Part shown: positions 18,477 through 28,295 of the stretch, in pieces | Layout of the letters: each line of letters opens with the position of its first letter | How positions within the stretch are numbered: position 1 is the first letter of the stretch | From: Betaproteobacteria bacterium | GTDB lineage: Bacteria; Pseudomonadota; Gammaproteobacteria; Burkholderiales; JACQAP01 | Direction: 5' to 3' | DNA length: 60,856 nucleotides | Assembly: GCA_052387775.1 (NCBI GenBank) | Contig: JBQTIV010000011.1 | Coordinates: 1-60,856 of the forward strand | The notes under the pieces: generated by a model | The model's database searches: none | What the model was told of the DNA's origin: nothing | Seen by the model: the letters and a program-made list of their open reading frames with translations, nothing else | Made by a program: the position numbers and the translations under genes

Positions 18477-19736
18477 CTATTCCTCGGCACGGCGTGGCAG
18501 CTTGATGCCGAGCTGCTTGAGCTTGCGATAGAGGTGGGTACGCTCCAGGCCGACCCGGTCGGCCACGCGGCTCATGTTGCCGCCCTCGCGATCGAGGTGA
18601 TATTCGAAGTAGACGCGCTCAAAGGCATCGCGCGCCGCGCGCAGTTCGCGGTCAAGGGGCAGCGATTGCGCCGGGCTGGGCAGTGGCGCCTCGAGCGTGG
18701 CAAACGCGTTGGTCACGCCGGCAACGCCGATCTCTGCTCCGAGGGTGAGCTGGGCCACGGTCTTCACCACGCTTTCGAGCTGAACCAGATTGCCGGGCCA
18801 ATGGTAATTACGCAGGGCGTTCAACGCCGCGGTGTTGAACACCCGTGGGGGTGCCTCCTTCGCCTCGATCACCCGCGACAGCATCAGGTTGGCAAGCTCG
18901 GGAACGTCTTCGGCGCGCTCGCGCAGCGCGGGCACGCGTACGATCACGCCAGCAAGCAGCGCATACAGCCTCGGGTCGAAGGTCCCGCCCGCCACCAATT
19001 CGGCAAGCGGTGCCGAAGTCGAGGAAACGATGCGCGTGTGGTAGCGATCAAGTTTGAGCGTCTGTCCAAGCAGGCTCTTCTGCTGGCTGCGCGAAAGCGC
19101 GTCGACGTCGCGCAGGTACAAGACACCCTCCGCCGCCTGCCCGACCAGATTGTTCTCCGCCTCGTCGAACGCAGCCAGATCCTCCGGTGCTACCCATGCG
19201 GTGTTGAGTTGATTGAGCAGGCGCGCACACTGCTCCATCCCGGTGCCTGGTTCGCCGACCAAGAGCGCGGGCGTTTTCAACGCGCGCAATCGCTCGAGCT
19301 CGGCGCGCAATTGATCCACGGCGCGCGACTTGCCGACGGTGGCCAACACCGCCGGCACGCCAGCTCTGGGCGTGCCCTGCTTGAGCGCCGTGCCGACGGT
19401 AGAAAGCAGCTTCTGCAACGCGATCGGTTTTTCCAGGAAGGCGTAGGCGCCGATGCGGGTCGCCTCCACAGCAGTATCGATAGTGCCGTGGCCGGACATC
19501 ATCACCACCGGCATGGTGAGTTGCCCGGTGCTCGCCCATTCCTTTAGCAGCGTGATGCCGTCGGTATCGGGCATCCAGATGTCGAGAAGAACCAGATCCG
19601 GCCGCACGCGGCTGCGAATCTGGCGTGCCTCGTGGGCATTCTGCGCCAGCCGCACCTGGTGACCCTCATCGCGGAGAATTTCCGAAAGCAGCTCGCGGAT
19701 ACCGACTTCGTCGTCGACCACCAGGATCTGGCTCAT
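18477..19736 (-). CDS. ntrX: NtrX-type response regulator: receiver domain, degenerate AAA+ domain and Fis-type HTH
   Basis: Receiver: ILVVDDE...LLDIWMPDTDG. The central domain has a damaged P-loop (GEPGTGME), LYLRDVD in place of the Walker B DE, and no GAFTGA. The C-terminal HTH is NMSRVADRVGLERTHLYRKLKQLGI. It overlaps the ntrY stop by 4 nt. Confidence 0.8.
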   Translation of the reverse strand: MSQILVVDDEVGIRELLSEILRDEGHQVRLAQNAHEARQIRSRVRPDLVLLDIWMPDTDGITLLKEWASTGQLTMPVVMMSGHGTIDTAVEATRIGAYAFLEKPIALQKLLSTVGTALKQGTPRAGVPAVLATVGKSRAVDQLRAELERLRALKTPALLVGEPGTGMEQCARLLNQLNTAWVAPEDLAAFDEAENNLVGQAAEGVLYLRDVDALSRSQQKSLLGQTLKLDRYHTRIVSSTSAPLAELVAGGTFDPRLYALLAGVIVRVPALRERAEDVPELANLMLSRVIEAKEAPPRVFNTAALNALRNYHWPGNLVQLESVVKTVAQLTLGAEIGVAGVTNAFATLEAPLPSPAQSLPLDRELRAARDAFERVYFEYHLDREGGNMSRVADRVGLERTHLYRKLKQLGIKLPRRAEE

Positions 19737-21934
19737 GCTCCCGCCTGCCTACTGGCCCGCGGCGCGGCCGCCTCGGCCGGCGCGGGCGGCAGCGTGATGG
19801 CAACGCTGGCTCCGCGCGAGGGCAGGTTGACAATTGCAATGCTGCCGTTGTGCTCTTCGACTATCTTCCTGACGATGGCCAGCCCGAGTCCCGTGCCTTT
19901 GGCCTTGGTAGTGACATAGGGTTCGAACACCCTGCCCATCAGCGACTCGGGAAAACCTGGACCGTTGTCCTGGATGGTGAGCCGTACGCCGTCCGCGACC
20001 GAGTCAGTGCGTAGCACAATGTACGGCACCGGAATTTCCGACACCGCCTGCTCGGAATTCTGCAGCAAATTGTGGATTACCTGACGCAACTTGGCGGCAT
20101 CGCCCGATATGTGCGGCAAATCAGCAGCCAGGTCGAGCTTCAAGGCCGGGCGCGACGACTCGTACAGCCCGAGCACATCGCGAATTAACTGGTTCAAGTC
20201 CAGCGGCTGCAGATCCGGTTCGGGCGAGCGCGCGTACTGGCTGAACGCGTCGACCATGCCTTTGAGCGCCGCCACTTGGTTGACGATGGTCTGGGTGGAG
20301 CGCTGCAGGACCTCTGCTTCCGGTTCGGCGAGCTTGTCGGCAAGCCGGTGCTGCAACCGCTCCGCGGAAAGCTGGATCGGGGTGAGTGGATTCTTGATCT
20401 CGTGAGCCAGGCGCTGCGCCACTTCGCCCCAGGCCGCCAGCCGCTGCGCCTGCAAGAGGCGGGTGATATCGTCGAACACCAGCACCATTCCGGATTCCGT
20501 GCCGGCAACAAGCTCCGAGCCACGCAACAACAGGACCTGCCTGCCGGCGGTGCCGGACAGTTCGGCCTGCTGTTCCCAGACATCCCCGCGCCCGCGCCGC
20601 ATTTTCTCGTACACAATTTTCCCGACCGCTGCCAGTCGCGACTCACGGTCTGCCCATTCATCCGGATGCGTGCCGATCAGCGCGCCGAGGTCGACACCGA
20701 GAATCTGCTCGGCGCTGAGATTGGCCGAACGCAACCGGTATTCCGAGTCGAATGACATCACGCCCGTCGACAGATTGCCGAGCACGCTTTCGAGGTAGGC
20801 CTTGGCGGCAGCGAGCTGCTCCTGATTGCGTTGCGCCTCGCCACGCGCATCCGCAAGCTGCATGGTCATCGTGTTGAACGACTCCGTCAGCAAGCCCAGT
20901 TCGTCGTGTGTCTTGACCGGGTGGCGCTGGCTGAAGTCGCCCTGCGCCACAGCGCGCGTGCCGGCGGCCAGAATACCGAGAGGCGCGGACAGACGCTCGC
21001 TGAACACGATTGCCATCAGCAACGCCGAGAGCAGCGTCAGCAGAAGCGACAGCGTCAGAGTCAGCGCATAAAGGCGCTGCAGGCCCTGGCGCGACAGCGA
21101 CAGTTCCTGGTAGTCGCGGTAGATTTCCTGGACGGTCTGGGCATCGCGCGCCAGTTTAGGCGGCACGGGCTGTACCAGTTGCAACAACGAGGTGGTGCCG
21201 GATACGTCGTTCACCGCGAGCAGCACCCGCAGGTGCAGCCCGCCTTCACCGACGGCCTCGATTGCGCTGTAAGGCTGCTGCATGCGCACCTGCCGCACCA
21301 CCGAAGGCGAGGGCAATTCCGGGACCAGACCGGCGGGATCGGCGCTCGAAAAGGCAATGACCGAGCCATTGGGGCCGAGCAATGTCGCTTCGTGCACTGC
21401 GGCCTTTTCGCGCAACGTGTTGAGCGTGGCCACACGGCGTTGTGGCGTGCGCTCGGTAAGTTCCAGAGTCATCGACTCCGCTTTGCTGCGCAGTGCCTTG
21501 AGCATATTGTCCAGCGTGATCCGGCCCAGGCTCAAACCGCCTTCCAGCGCCTTGTCCACCCGCACGTCGAACCAGGATTCGATCGACCGCGACAGGAACT
21601 GAACCGAGACGCCATATACCAACGCGCCAGGCACTACCGCCACCAGGGCAAACAGCAACACCAGCCGCAGCGTCAGCTTGGAGCCGAATACCCGCGCCTT
21701 GAGACGCCGGCGCAGCACCAGCAACTGGTATCCCACCACCAGCATGAGCATGAGCACCAGCCCCACGCCCAGTCCAAGCAGCAGCTGCAGGTCGCCGGAG
21801 AACAGCGGCGTGTCGGCGCTGGCGCTGGAAAGCAGGTAGAGCATGACCGCGCCGAGCACCAGCACCAGCGCAATCACGAACTGCATGCCACGGCTCGTCA
21901 ACGAGCGCCGGAAGGTGCGCGTGACGGTGCTCAT
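19733..21934 (-). CDS. ntrY: NtrY-type sensor histidine kinase (TM-HAMP-PAS-HisKA-HATPase)
   Basis: HAMP: GDFSQRHPVKTHDELGLLTESFNTM. H-box: RLAHEIKNPLTPIQLSAERL. ATPase boxes: HNLLQNSEQA, DNGPGF, GTGLGLAIV. The ATG at 21934 forms an ATGA overlap with the DUF4390 stop. Confidence 0.8.
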   Translation of the reverse strand: MSTVTRTFRRSLTSRGMQFVIALVLVLGAVMLYLLSSASADTPLFSGDLQLLLGLGVGLVLMLMLVVGYQLLVLRRRLKARVFGSKLTLRLVLLFALVAVVPGALVYGVSVQFLSRSIESWFDVRVDKALEGGLSLGRITLDNMLKALRSKAESMTLELTERTPQRRVATLNTLREKAAVHEATLLGPNGSVIAFSSADPAGLVPELPSPSVVRQVRMQQPYSAIEAVGEGGLHLRVLLAVNDVSGTTSLLQLVQPVPPKLARDAQTVQEIYRDYQELSLSRQGLQRLYALTLTLSLLLTLLSALLMAIVFSERLSAPLGILAAGTRAVAQGDFSQRHPVKTHDELGLLTESFNTMTMQLADARGEAQRNQEQLAAAKAYLESVLGNLSTGVMSFDSEYRLRSANLSAEQILGVDLGALIGTHPDEWADRESRLAAVGKIVYEKMRRGRGDVWEQQAELSGTAGRQVLLLRGSELVAGTESGMVLVFDDITRLLQAQRLAAWGEVAQRLAHEIKNPLTPIQLSAERLQHRLADKLAEPEAEVLQRSTQTIVNQVAALKGMVDAFSQYARSPEPDLQPLDLNQLIRDVLGLYESSRPALKLDLAADLPHISGDAAKLRQVIHNLLQNSEQAVSEIPVPYIVLRTDSVADGVRLTIQDNGPGFPESLMGRVFEPYVTTKAKGTGLGLAIVRKIVEEHNGSIAIVNLPSRGASVAITLPPAPAEAAAPRASRQAGA

Positions 21935-22521
21935 CGCGTGATCGTCCAGCGAAACCATGCGGAGGAAAGGTTCCAGTCGCGCGAAGCCAGCGCATTGACC
22001 TGGAACGGCTTGGGCAGCTGCGAGACGTCGAGGCGCATGCGGATGGCGGCCTCGTAGACCGTGCCCTCGTCGAGCGTATCGGCATCGACGACAAAACGCG
22101 GACGCAGCCGACCGAGCAGGGCAAGCGCGTCATTCAGGGTGTCGAAATTCTGATGCAGCGCGCCGAATTTCAGCCGGTACTGGCGCGTCAGCGCGTTGTA
22201 AGACAGCCGGTAACGCTGTTCGAATTCCACCACCGACTTGTTCCACAGGTACAACGTGTACCAGCGCGGGTAGATCAGTTCGAACTCGACGTCAAAATGC
22301 AGCGGCAAGCCCTTGTTGAGCGCGTCCTCAAGAGTAGCGGTGAGGCCTACCTCGAAGTTGGCCTCGAGATGGTACTCGCTGCCGACACGCGCGAGTTCCG
22401 CCGATTTGACATATATGCCCTCGGTCGTGGCAAGCGCCACGCTGCAGCACAGCGCAGCCACGGCGGAGAACCAGCGCCACAAGTTAATTTTTCTGCAGGA
22501 GGGCGTAATAGAAACCATCAT
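21931..22521 (-). CDS. DUF4390 domain-containing protein (conserved partner of ntrYX in Betaproteobacteria)
   Basis: 196 aa with the signal-like N-terminus LWRWFSAVAALCCSVALA. It sits in the rsmB-X-ntrY position. The start is ambiguous: ATG at 22521 overlaps rsmB by 38 nt, and an alternative TTG at 22482 lies 1 nt after the rsmB stop. Confidence 0.65.
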   Translation of the reverse strand: MMVSITPSCRKINLWRWFSAVAALCCSVALATTEGIYVKSAELARVGSEYHLEANFEVGLTATLEDALNKGLPLHFDVEFELIYPRWYTLYLWNKSVVEFEQRYRLSYNALTRQYRLKFGALHQNFDTLNDALALLGRLRPRFVVDADTLDEGTVYEAAIRMRLDVSQLPKPFQVNALASRDWNLSSAWFRWTITR

Positions 22522-23749
22522 GCTCGCTATCCGGGAGCAGCAGCCCGCCGCGCCCCGGCATTGCGCCCAGAATCCGCGCCTGCGGGTGCCGCGCCGCGAA
22601 AGCGTCGATCTGTTGCTGGTTCTCTTCCATGAAAATTGAACAGGTCACGTAGAGCAATTTACCACCGCTGCTGAGGACCTTCCACAGCGCTTCGAGCAGT
22701 TGCAGCTGCTGTCCGGCGAAGCGCCGCACGTCGCCGGCCCGGCGCAGCCATTTGATATCCGGATGGCGGCGCACTACGCCCGAGGCGGTGCAGGGCGCAT
22801 CGAGCAAGACCCGGTCGAACGGCCTCCTGTCCCACCAGGTTTCGATCGCCGCGGCATCGGCGCAGGCAAGCCGCGCACTCAGGCCGAGGCGCTCCAGGTT
22901 CGAGCTTACGAGCTTGAGGCGGGCCGGGTCGGCATCGAGCGCAGTCATCTCCACGTCGGCGAGCTCGAGCATGTGCGCGGTCTTGCCACCGGGCGCAGCG
23001 CAGGCATCGAGGACACGCTGGCCCTCGCCAAGATCGATTAGCCGCGCGGCGAATTGCGCCCCCGCATCCTGCACCGAGACTGCGCCCTCGCCGAACCCCG
23101 GCAGTTCCTCGATCGGCACCGGCCGCAGCAAAGTGAGCGCACCGCCTTCGAGCACGCGCGCTCCCAGTCCTGCCCGTTCCAGCTCATGCAGGTATTGCTG
23201 CGGCGTGCAGCGCCGCCGATTGACCCTGAGTGTCATTGGAGGGCGCCCGTTGCCGGTTTCCAGGATATTTTGTGCATCCGACGGAAATTCGCGCCGCAGC
23301 CGCTCGATCCACCAGGCGGGATACGAGTAGCGTCCCGCGTCGCTGCTGTCTGCTTGCATCAGCAGCGCGGCACGGCGGCGCTGGAAGTTGCGCAATACCG
23401 CGTTAACGAACGCCTTTACGTGGCGACCGCTGATTTGCGCCGCGCATTCCACCGCGTGATCAACAATGGCGTAAGGCGCGGCCTCGCTGTATTCCAACTG
23501 GTAGAGCGCGACGAGCAACAGCGCTTGCAACTCGCGGTCCTCCACGTGCCTGGGCGCTAACTGCGACAACACCGCGCGCAACCTGCCCAGATGGCGCAAG
23601 GTCCCGTAGGAGAGATCCTGTATAGCTCCCCGTTCGGCGCGGTTGAGCGCGCGGGCCCGTTTCCAAACCGCATCCAGCGTGTATTTCAGACTGTTTCCGC
23701 AAAGCACAGCAGCCACGGTTCGCGCTGCAATACGTTGGACGTTGCGCAC
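22484..23749 (-). CDS. rsmB: 16S rRNA (cytosine967-C5)-methyltransferase
   Basis: NusB-like N-terminus, then VLDACAAPGGKT, LLDAPCTASGVVRRHPDIKW and GGKLLYVTCS. I prefer the GTG at 23749, 14 nt after the fmt stop, over the 472-aa track ORF that overlaps fmt. Confidence 0.85.
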   Translation of the reverse strand: MRNVQRIAARTVAAVLCGNSLKYTLDAVWKRARALNRAERGAIQDLSYGTLRHLGRLRAVLSQLAPRHVEDRELQALLLVALYQLEYSEAAPYAIVDHAVECAAQISGRHVKAFVNAVLRNFQRRRAALLMQADSSDAGRYSYPAWWIERLRREFPSDAQNILETGNGRPPMTLRVNRRRCTPQQYLHELERAGLGARVLEGGALTLLRPVPIEELPGFGEGAVSVQDAGAQFAARLIDLGEGQRVLDACAAPGGKTAHMLELADVEMTALDADPARLKLVSSNLERLGLSARLACADAAAIETWWDRRPFDRVLLDAPCTASGVVRRHPDIKWLRRAGDVRRFAGQQLQLLEALWKVLSSGGKLLYVTCSIFMEENQQQIDAFAARHPQARILGAMPGRGGLLLPDSEHDGFYYALLQKN

Positions 23750-23762
23750 TGCGGTCCGGGGA

Positions 23763-24692
23763 TCAGGCGCCGCAGCGTTCCCCGGCGGCGAGCGCCAGTC
23801 CGTGCAGGAAATCGGCGGCCGCAAGGCGCTTGCCGCCCGCACGCTGCAACTCGGTAGCACGCAATGCACCCTTGCCGCAGGCGATGACGACGCCTTGTGC
23901 ATCGGCAGAAAGGATGGTGCCGGGCGGTGCGGGCGAACCTGGTACCAGCACGGCGCGCCAGATTTTCAGCGGTTCGCCGTGCAGCGTGGAATAGGCCCCC
24001 GGGAAAGGACTGAACGCGCGCACCTGGCGATCCACTTCGACCGCTTCGCGGCGCCAGTCTATCGCCGCTTCATTCTTGCTGATCTTGGGGGCGTAGGTAG
24101 CGCCGACTTCGCTTTGCGGCACGGCCTTGAGTGTGCCGTCCGCAATTGCCGGGAGGGCTTCGACGATGCAGCGCGCGCCGAGCGCGGCCAGTTTGTCGTG
24201 TAGGGTTCCCACGTCGTCCTGCGCCGTAATAGGGATGCGCCGCATCAGATAGACCGGACCGCTGTCCAGTGCTTCCTCCATGCGCATGATCGAGATACCA
24301 GTCTCGCTGTCTCCGGCTAGGATGACGCGCTGGACCGGCGCGGCGCCGCGCCAGCGCGGCAGCAACGAGGCGTGGATATTGATGCAGCCCACCGCGAAAA
24401 GTTCGAGCACCGCCCGCGGCAGGATCAGCCCATAGGCAGCGACCACCATCGCCGGCGCGCCCGCGGCGTGCAGGCGCGCCAGCAATGGTTCATCCTTGAG
24501 CGTCCGCGGCTGCAAGAGTGGGAGCCGAGCGCGTTCAGCGAGTTGCTTGACTTCGCCGGCGGCAAGCTTAAGACCGCGGCCGGCGGGCCGGTCCGGCCGG
24601 GTCAACACCAGCGCGATCTCGTGCCCGGCGTCGATAAGTGCCTGCAGCGCGCTGGCGGCGAAAGCCGGCGTGCCGGCAAATACAATGCGCAT
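23763..24692 (-). CDS. fmt: Methionyl-tRNA formyltransferase
   Basis: 309 aa. Reads [16 protein letters not shown]...INIHASLLPRWRGAAPVQR. Confidence 0.95.
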   Translation of the reverse strand: MRIVFAGTPAFAASALQALIDAGHEIALVLTRPDRPAGRGLKLAAGEVKQLAERARLPLLQPRTLKDEPLLARLHAAGAPAMVVAAYGLILPRAVLELFAVGCINIHASLLPRWRGAAPVQRVILAGDSETGISIMRMEEALDSGPVYLMRRIPITAQDDVGTLHDKLAALGARCIVEALPAIADGTLKAVPQSEVGATYAPKISKNEAAIDWRREAVEVDRQVRAFSPFPGAYSTLHGEPLKIWRAVLVPGSPAPPGTILSADAQGVVIACGKGALRATELQRAGGKRLAAADFLHGLALAAGERCGA

Positions 24693-25195
24693 CAGAGCGT
24701 CTGCCGCTGCTGCTTCTTCAGCTTGCTCACGATGCGGGTCTGCTTCAGGCGCGACAGGTATTCGACGAAGACCTTGCCTTTGAGATGATCCATTTCATGC
24801 TGGATACACACCGAAAGCAGTCCGCTCGCCTCGGTGGTGAAGGACTTGCCATTCAGATTGAGCGCGCGCACCTTCACCCACTCGGCGCGCGCGATCTTCT
24901 CGAAGATTCCGGGTACCGACAGGCAGCCCTCTTCGCAGTCGGACTGACCCCGCGACTCGAGCATCTGCGGGTTGATCATCACCAGCAGCTGGTCCCGGGT
25001 CTCGGAGAGATCGATCACGATGAGCTGCTTGTGTATGTCCACCTGTGTGGCTGCCAAGCCCACGCCCGGCGCCGCGTACATGGTCTCGGCCATGTCCCTC
25101 GCCAGTTTGCGAATTTCGTCGTCGACCACGGCCACCGGCTTGGCCACGTTGTGCAGCCGCCGGTCGGGATAACGAAGGACAGGGAGTATCGCCAT
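24692..25195 (-). CDS. def: Peptide deformylase
   Basis: Trimmed to the ATG at 25195 ([14 protein letters not shown]). The three signature motifs are present: [17 protein letters not shown] and QHEMDHL. Confidence 0.95.
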   Translation of the reverse strand: MAILPVLRYPDRRLHNVAKPVAVVDDEIRKLARDMAETMYAAPGVGLAATQVDIHKQLIVIDLSETRDQLLVMINPQMLESRGQSDCEEGCLSVPGIFEKIARAEWVKVRALNLNGKSFTTEASGLLSVCIQHEMDHLKGKVFVEYLSRLKQTRIVSKLKKQQRQTL

Positions 25196-25319
25196 AATTG
25201 CTTGCAAATTTAATAAACTAGATGCAGAATTTAAACCAAAGTATCGATTCTGGCGCCAGGCGGAACCGCGAACCCGGCGAGGGATGCGATTCTGGATCGA
25301 GAGAAATGGGGGCCTAAAG

Positions 25320-26381
25320 ATGGGCAAATCAATTATATCCCTGCTGCTACTGCTGACCGCGTGGATGCCGGGAACAAGCGTCGGCGACGAGCTTGCGCTA
25401 GCAGAGAATGCACCCGATCGCTATATCGTGGTGAAGGGCGACACTCTCTGGGACATTTCGGCACGCTTTCTGCGCGATCCCTGGCGCTGGCCGGATATCT
25501 GGGGCCTGAACCAGGATGAGATCAAGAACCCCCATTGGATCTACCCCGGTGACGTGATCCTGCTTGACTTCACCGGTATGACCGCGCGGCTGCGCCTGCA
25601 GGGGGTCGACGGCGCTACTGACTGGCGTCTGGTGGTCACCAAGCTCGGCCCCGCGATCCGCAAATTGGATCTCGCAACAAGCGCGATTCCCAGCATCCCC
25701 TTGGAGGCCATCGCCCCTTTCCTGACCAAGCCGTTAGTGGTCGGCGAGGGCGAAATGAACACTGCGCCGATTCTGGTGGCCGGGCAGGAAAACCGCGTTG
25801 TGCTCTCTGCGGGCGATACCGCCTACGCCAAGGGCGTGGTCTGGGAGGATGGTACAGAATGGAACGTCTATCGCCCGGGCCGTGATCTGGTCGACCCGGA
25901 TACCAAGGAATTGTTGGGGCGCGAGGCCGTGCACCTGGGCGAATTGAAAGTGAGCCAGTTCGGCGAAGTCAGCAAGGTTGCGATTACAAAGTCGGTCCAG
26001 GAGATCGCTCCCGGCGACCGGCTGGTAAAAATCACACCAACGCCGGTGTTGCCTTACATCCCGCGCGCGCCGAGCATGCAGATTAAAGGCAAGGTGATCG
26101 CGGCCCCAAATAGCAGCGTCACCGAAATCGGGCCGCAGATGGTTGTGGTGTTGAACCGCGGCGCACGCGAAGGCCTGGAAACAGGCAACGTACTGGCCCT
26201 GTATCGGGATCTGCCCATGGTCAAGCCGGCCGGCGCAACCAATCCGAAAGAAAGGATCAAGCTGCCAGCCGAGCGTTATGGTGTCGTGTTCGTATTCCGC
26301 GTGTTCGAGAAGGTATCCTACGCGCTGGTAATGCACACCACGCGGCCGGTCAACCTGCTCGACGCAGTGCAAACGCCTTAG
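25320..26381 (+). CDS. LysM peptidoglycan-binding protein. It occupies the same position as the TsaP-like protein found between def and dprA in other proteobacteria.
   Basis: ATG at 25320. Signal peptide [18 protein letters not shown], then LysM: [27 protein letters not shown]. It is divergent from def and directly upstream of dprA. Confidence 0.75.
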   Translation: MGKSIISLLLLLTAWMPGTSVGDELALAENAPDRYIVVKGDTLWDISARFLRDPWRWPDIWGLNQDEIKNPHWIYPGDVILLDFTGMTARLRLQGVDGATDWRLVVTKLGPAIRKLDLATSAIPSIPLEAIAPFLTKPLVVGEGEMNTAPILVAGQENRVVLSAGDTAYAKGVVWEDGTEWNVYRPGRDLVDPDTKELLGREAVHLGELKVSQFGEVSKVAITKSVQEIAPGDRLVKITPTPVLPYIPRAPSMQIKGKVIAAPNSSVTEIGPQMVVVLNRGAREGLETGNVLALYRDLPMVKPAGATNPKERIKLPAERYGVVFVFRVFEKVSYALVMHTTRPVNLLDAVQTP

Positions 26382-26398
26382 TCCAGCGCCGACGGCGC

Positions 26399-27484
26399 AT
26401 GCCGCCGGATCAGGAACTCCTCGCCTGGCTCAAGCTCGGCCTCGTCGCCGAGCTCACAGCCGCTTACTTTCGCAAGCTGCTCGGCGAATTCGGTGACCCG
26501 GAAGCCGTTTGTGCAGCAAGTCACTCTGCGCTCGCGCGCATCGTTCCGCAGCAAGTCGCAGATGCCATCGTACGCGGCCCGGATACTACCCGCGTTGACC
26601 TTGCGCTGCGCTGGCTCGAAGAGCCGGGCAACCAAATCATCAGCTTCGCAGATGCGGCCTATCCGCGGCTTCTGCTGGAGATCACCGATCCACCGCCGCT
26701 GCTTTATGTGAAGGGCGATTCGGGATGGCTCAACTGCGAGGCGCTGGCGGTGGTAGGCAGTCGCAACGCCACCCCGCAGGGTGCTGCCAATGCGGAGGCC
26801 TTCGCCCGCGAACTCTCCGACGGCGGTTTCACGATCATCAGCGGACTTGCGCTCGGCATCGATGCCGCCGCGCATCGCGGCGGGCTCGCCGGTGGGTCCT
26901 CTTCGCTGGCGGTAGTCGGCACCGGCCTCGACATTGTCTATCCGGCACGCAATCGCGATCTCGCACATGAACTGGCGGCGCGAGGCGCGCTCGTCTCCGA
27001 GTTTGCGCTGGGAACACCTGCGCTGTCGGTGAATTTCCCGAGGCGCAACCGGTTGATCAGCGGACTGGCGCGCGGTTGCCTGATAGTCGAAGCTGCGCTC
27101 AGGAGCGGCTCGCTGATCACTGCGCGTTTTGCGCTCGAGCAGGGGCGCGAGGTGTTCACGATCCCCGGTTCGATCCACTCGCCGCTATCGAAAGGTTGTC
27201 ACCAGTTGATCAAACAAGGCGCCAAACTGGTCGAAAGCAGCAACGATATCCTGGAGGAACTCGGCGCCGCGGTACGCGTCCACAGCGCGACGCCCGTCAA
27301 AGCGGATATTTCTCCCGAGCACATCGAGCTGCTCGCCGCACTCGGCTTCGACCCGCTCGACCTCGACACTCTTTGCGAGCGCAGCGGCTTGACGCCGGAA
27401 TCCGCTTCGGCGATGCTGTTGACACTGGAGCTCGACGGCACCGTCAGCCGGCTACCGGGCGGTAAGTTCCAGCGCGTGCGCTAG
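26399..27484 (+). CDS. dprA: DNA-processing protein DprA (Smf)
   Basis: 361 aa. Reads AVVGSRNATPQG...ISGLALGIDAAAHRG...FPRRNRLISGL...EAALRSGSLITAR. Confidence 0.9.
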   Translation: MPPDQELLAWLKLGLVAELTAAYFRKLLGEFGDPEAVCAASHSALARIVPQQVADAIVRGPDTTRVDLALRWLEEPGNQIISFADAAYPRLLLEITDPPPLLYVKGDSGWLNCEALAVVGSRNATPQGAANAEAFARELSDGGFTIISGLALGIDAAAHRGGLAGGSSSLAVVGTGLDIVYPARNRDLAHELAARGALVSEFALGTPALSVNFPRRNRLISGLARGCLIVEAALRSGSLITARFALEQGREVFTIPGSIHSPLSKGCHQLIKQGAKLVESSNDILEELGAAVRVHSATPVKADISPEHIELLAALGFDPLDLDTLCERSGLTPESASAMLLTLELDGTVSRLPGGKFQRVR

Positions 27485-27518
27485 CGTCAGGGGCGTCAAC
27501 ACCTCCAGACAGGGGCTC

Positions 27519-27971
27519 ATGTTCGACATACTCGTCTTCCTGTTCGAAAACTACTTTCATGCCGGTGCCTACCCCGATCAACAAACGCTTACCAAGCGCC
27601 TATCCGCTGCCGGTTTCGACAGCACGGACATCTCGCAGGCGCTGACCTGGCTGAGCGGCCTGGAGCGCATCGGCCACAGTAACTCCCGCTTTTCCAGCAG
27701 CGACGGATTCCGTTTTTATACCGAGCAGGAACTGGCCGGACTGACGGCCGAGGCGCGTGGCTTCCTGCTCTTTCTCGAGACGGCGGGCGTAATCAAGGCG
27801 TCGCAGCGCGAACTCGTCATCGAACGGGTGCTGGCGCTGGATGAACCCGCAGTGGATCTAGAGAAAGTAAAACTCATCGTCCTCATGGTGTTGTGGAACC
27901 AGAAGGAATCGGTGGATTCTCTTGTGCTCGAGGAGCTGGTCACGCCAAATCAGGAACGCTATCTGCAATAA
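27519..27971 (+). CDS. smg: Smg protein (DUF494)
   Basis: 150 aa. It starts MFDILVFLFENYFHAG... and has the conserved position after dprA. Confidence 0.85.
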   Translation: MFDILVFLFENYFHAGAYPDQQTLTKRLSAAGFDSTDISQALTWLSGLERIGHSNSRFSSSDGFRFYTEQELAGLTAEARGFLLFLETAGVIKASQRELVIERVLALDEPAVDLEKVKLIVLMVLWNQKESVDSLVLEELVTPNQERYLQ

Positions 27972-28052
27972 CCGTTCGTTGCCAGAAACAGCGCTTGCTC
28001 CGCCGCCGGCAAGTTCTTATCATTGCGCCCTTCTTTTTCGGCCGGACACGCA

Positions 28053-28295
28053 ATGTCCCAAAATCTGCTGATCGTCGAGTCTCCTTCCAAAGCGAAGACT
28101 CTCCAGAAGTATCTTGGCCGCGGCTTCGACATCGTCGCCTCGTATGGTCACGTCCGTGACCTGGAAGCCAAGGAAGGCGCGGTGGATTCGGCGAGCGGAC
28201 TCGAGGTCCTGCTGCTCAAGGGGCCCTACGGCTTTTATGCCCAGCTCGGACAGACTCCGCAGGACAAGACCACGAAACCGAAGCGCGCTCCATGA
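28053..28295 (+). pseudogene. topA: Internally deleted relic of DNA topoisomerase I (topA): about 50 N-terminal TOPRIM residues fused in frame to about 30 residues resembling a post-core TopA segment
   Basis: Reads [45 protein letters not shown], then ...[28 protein letters not shown]. The DxD motif, the catalytic Tyr domain and the Zn fingers are missing. Its stop overlaps the next gene's ATG (ATGA at 28292-28295). Confidence 0.65.

Noticed and set aside
17943-19547. 534-aa plus-strand ORF
   Set aside because: It is antisense to tkt and ntrX and spans their intergenic terminator, so it is not plausible as a gene.
28023-28052. Longer TTG/GTG-type start for the topA relic (90-aa track ORF)
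   Set aside because: The TopA-like sequence begins exactly at the ATG at 28053 ([11 protein letters not shown]). The 10 extra residues have no counterpart in TopA.
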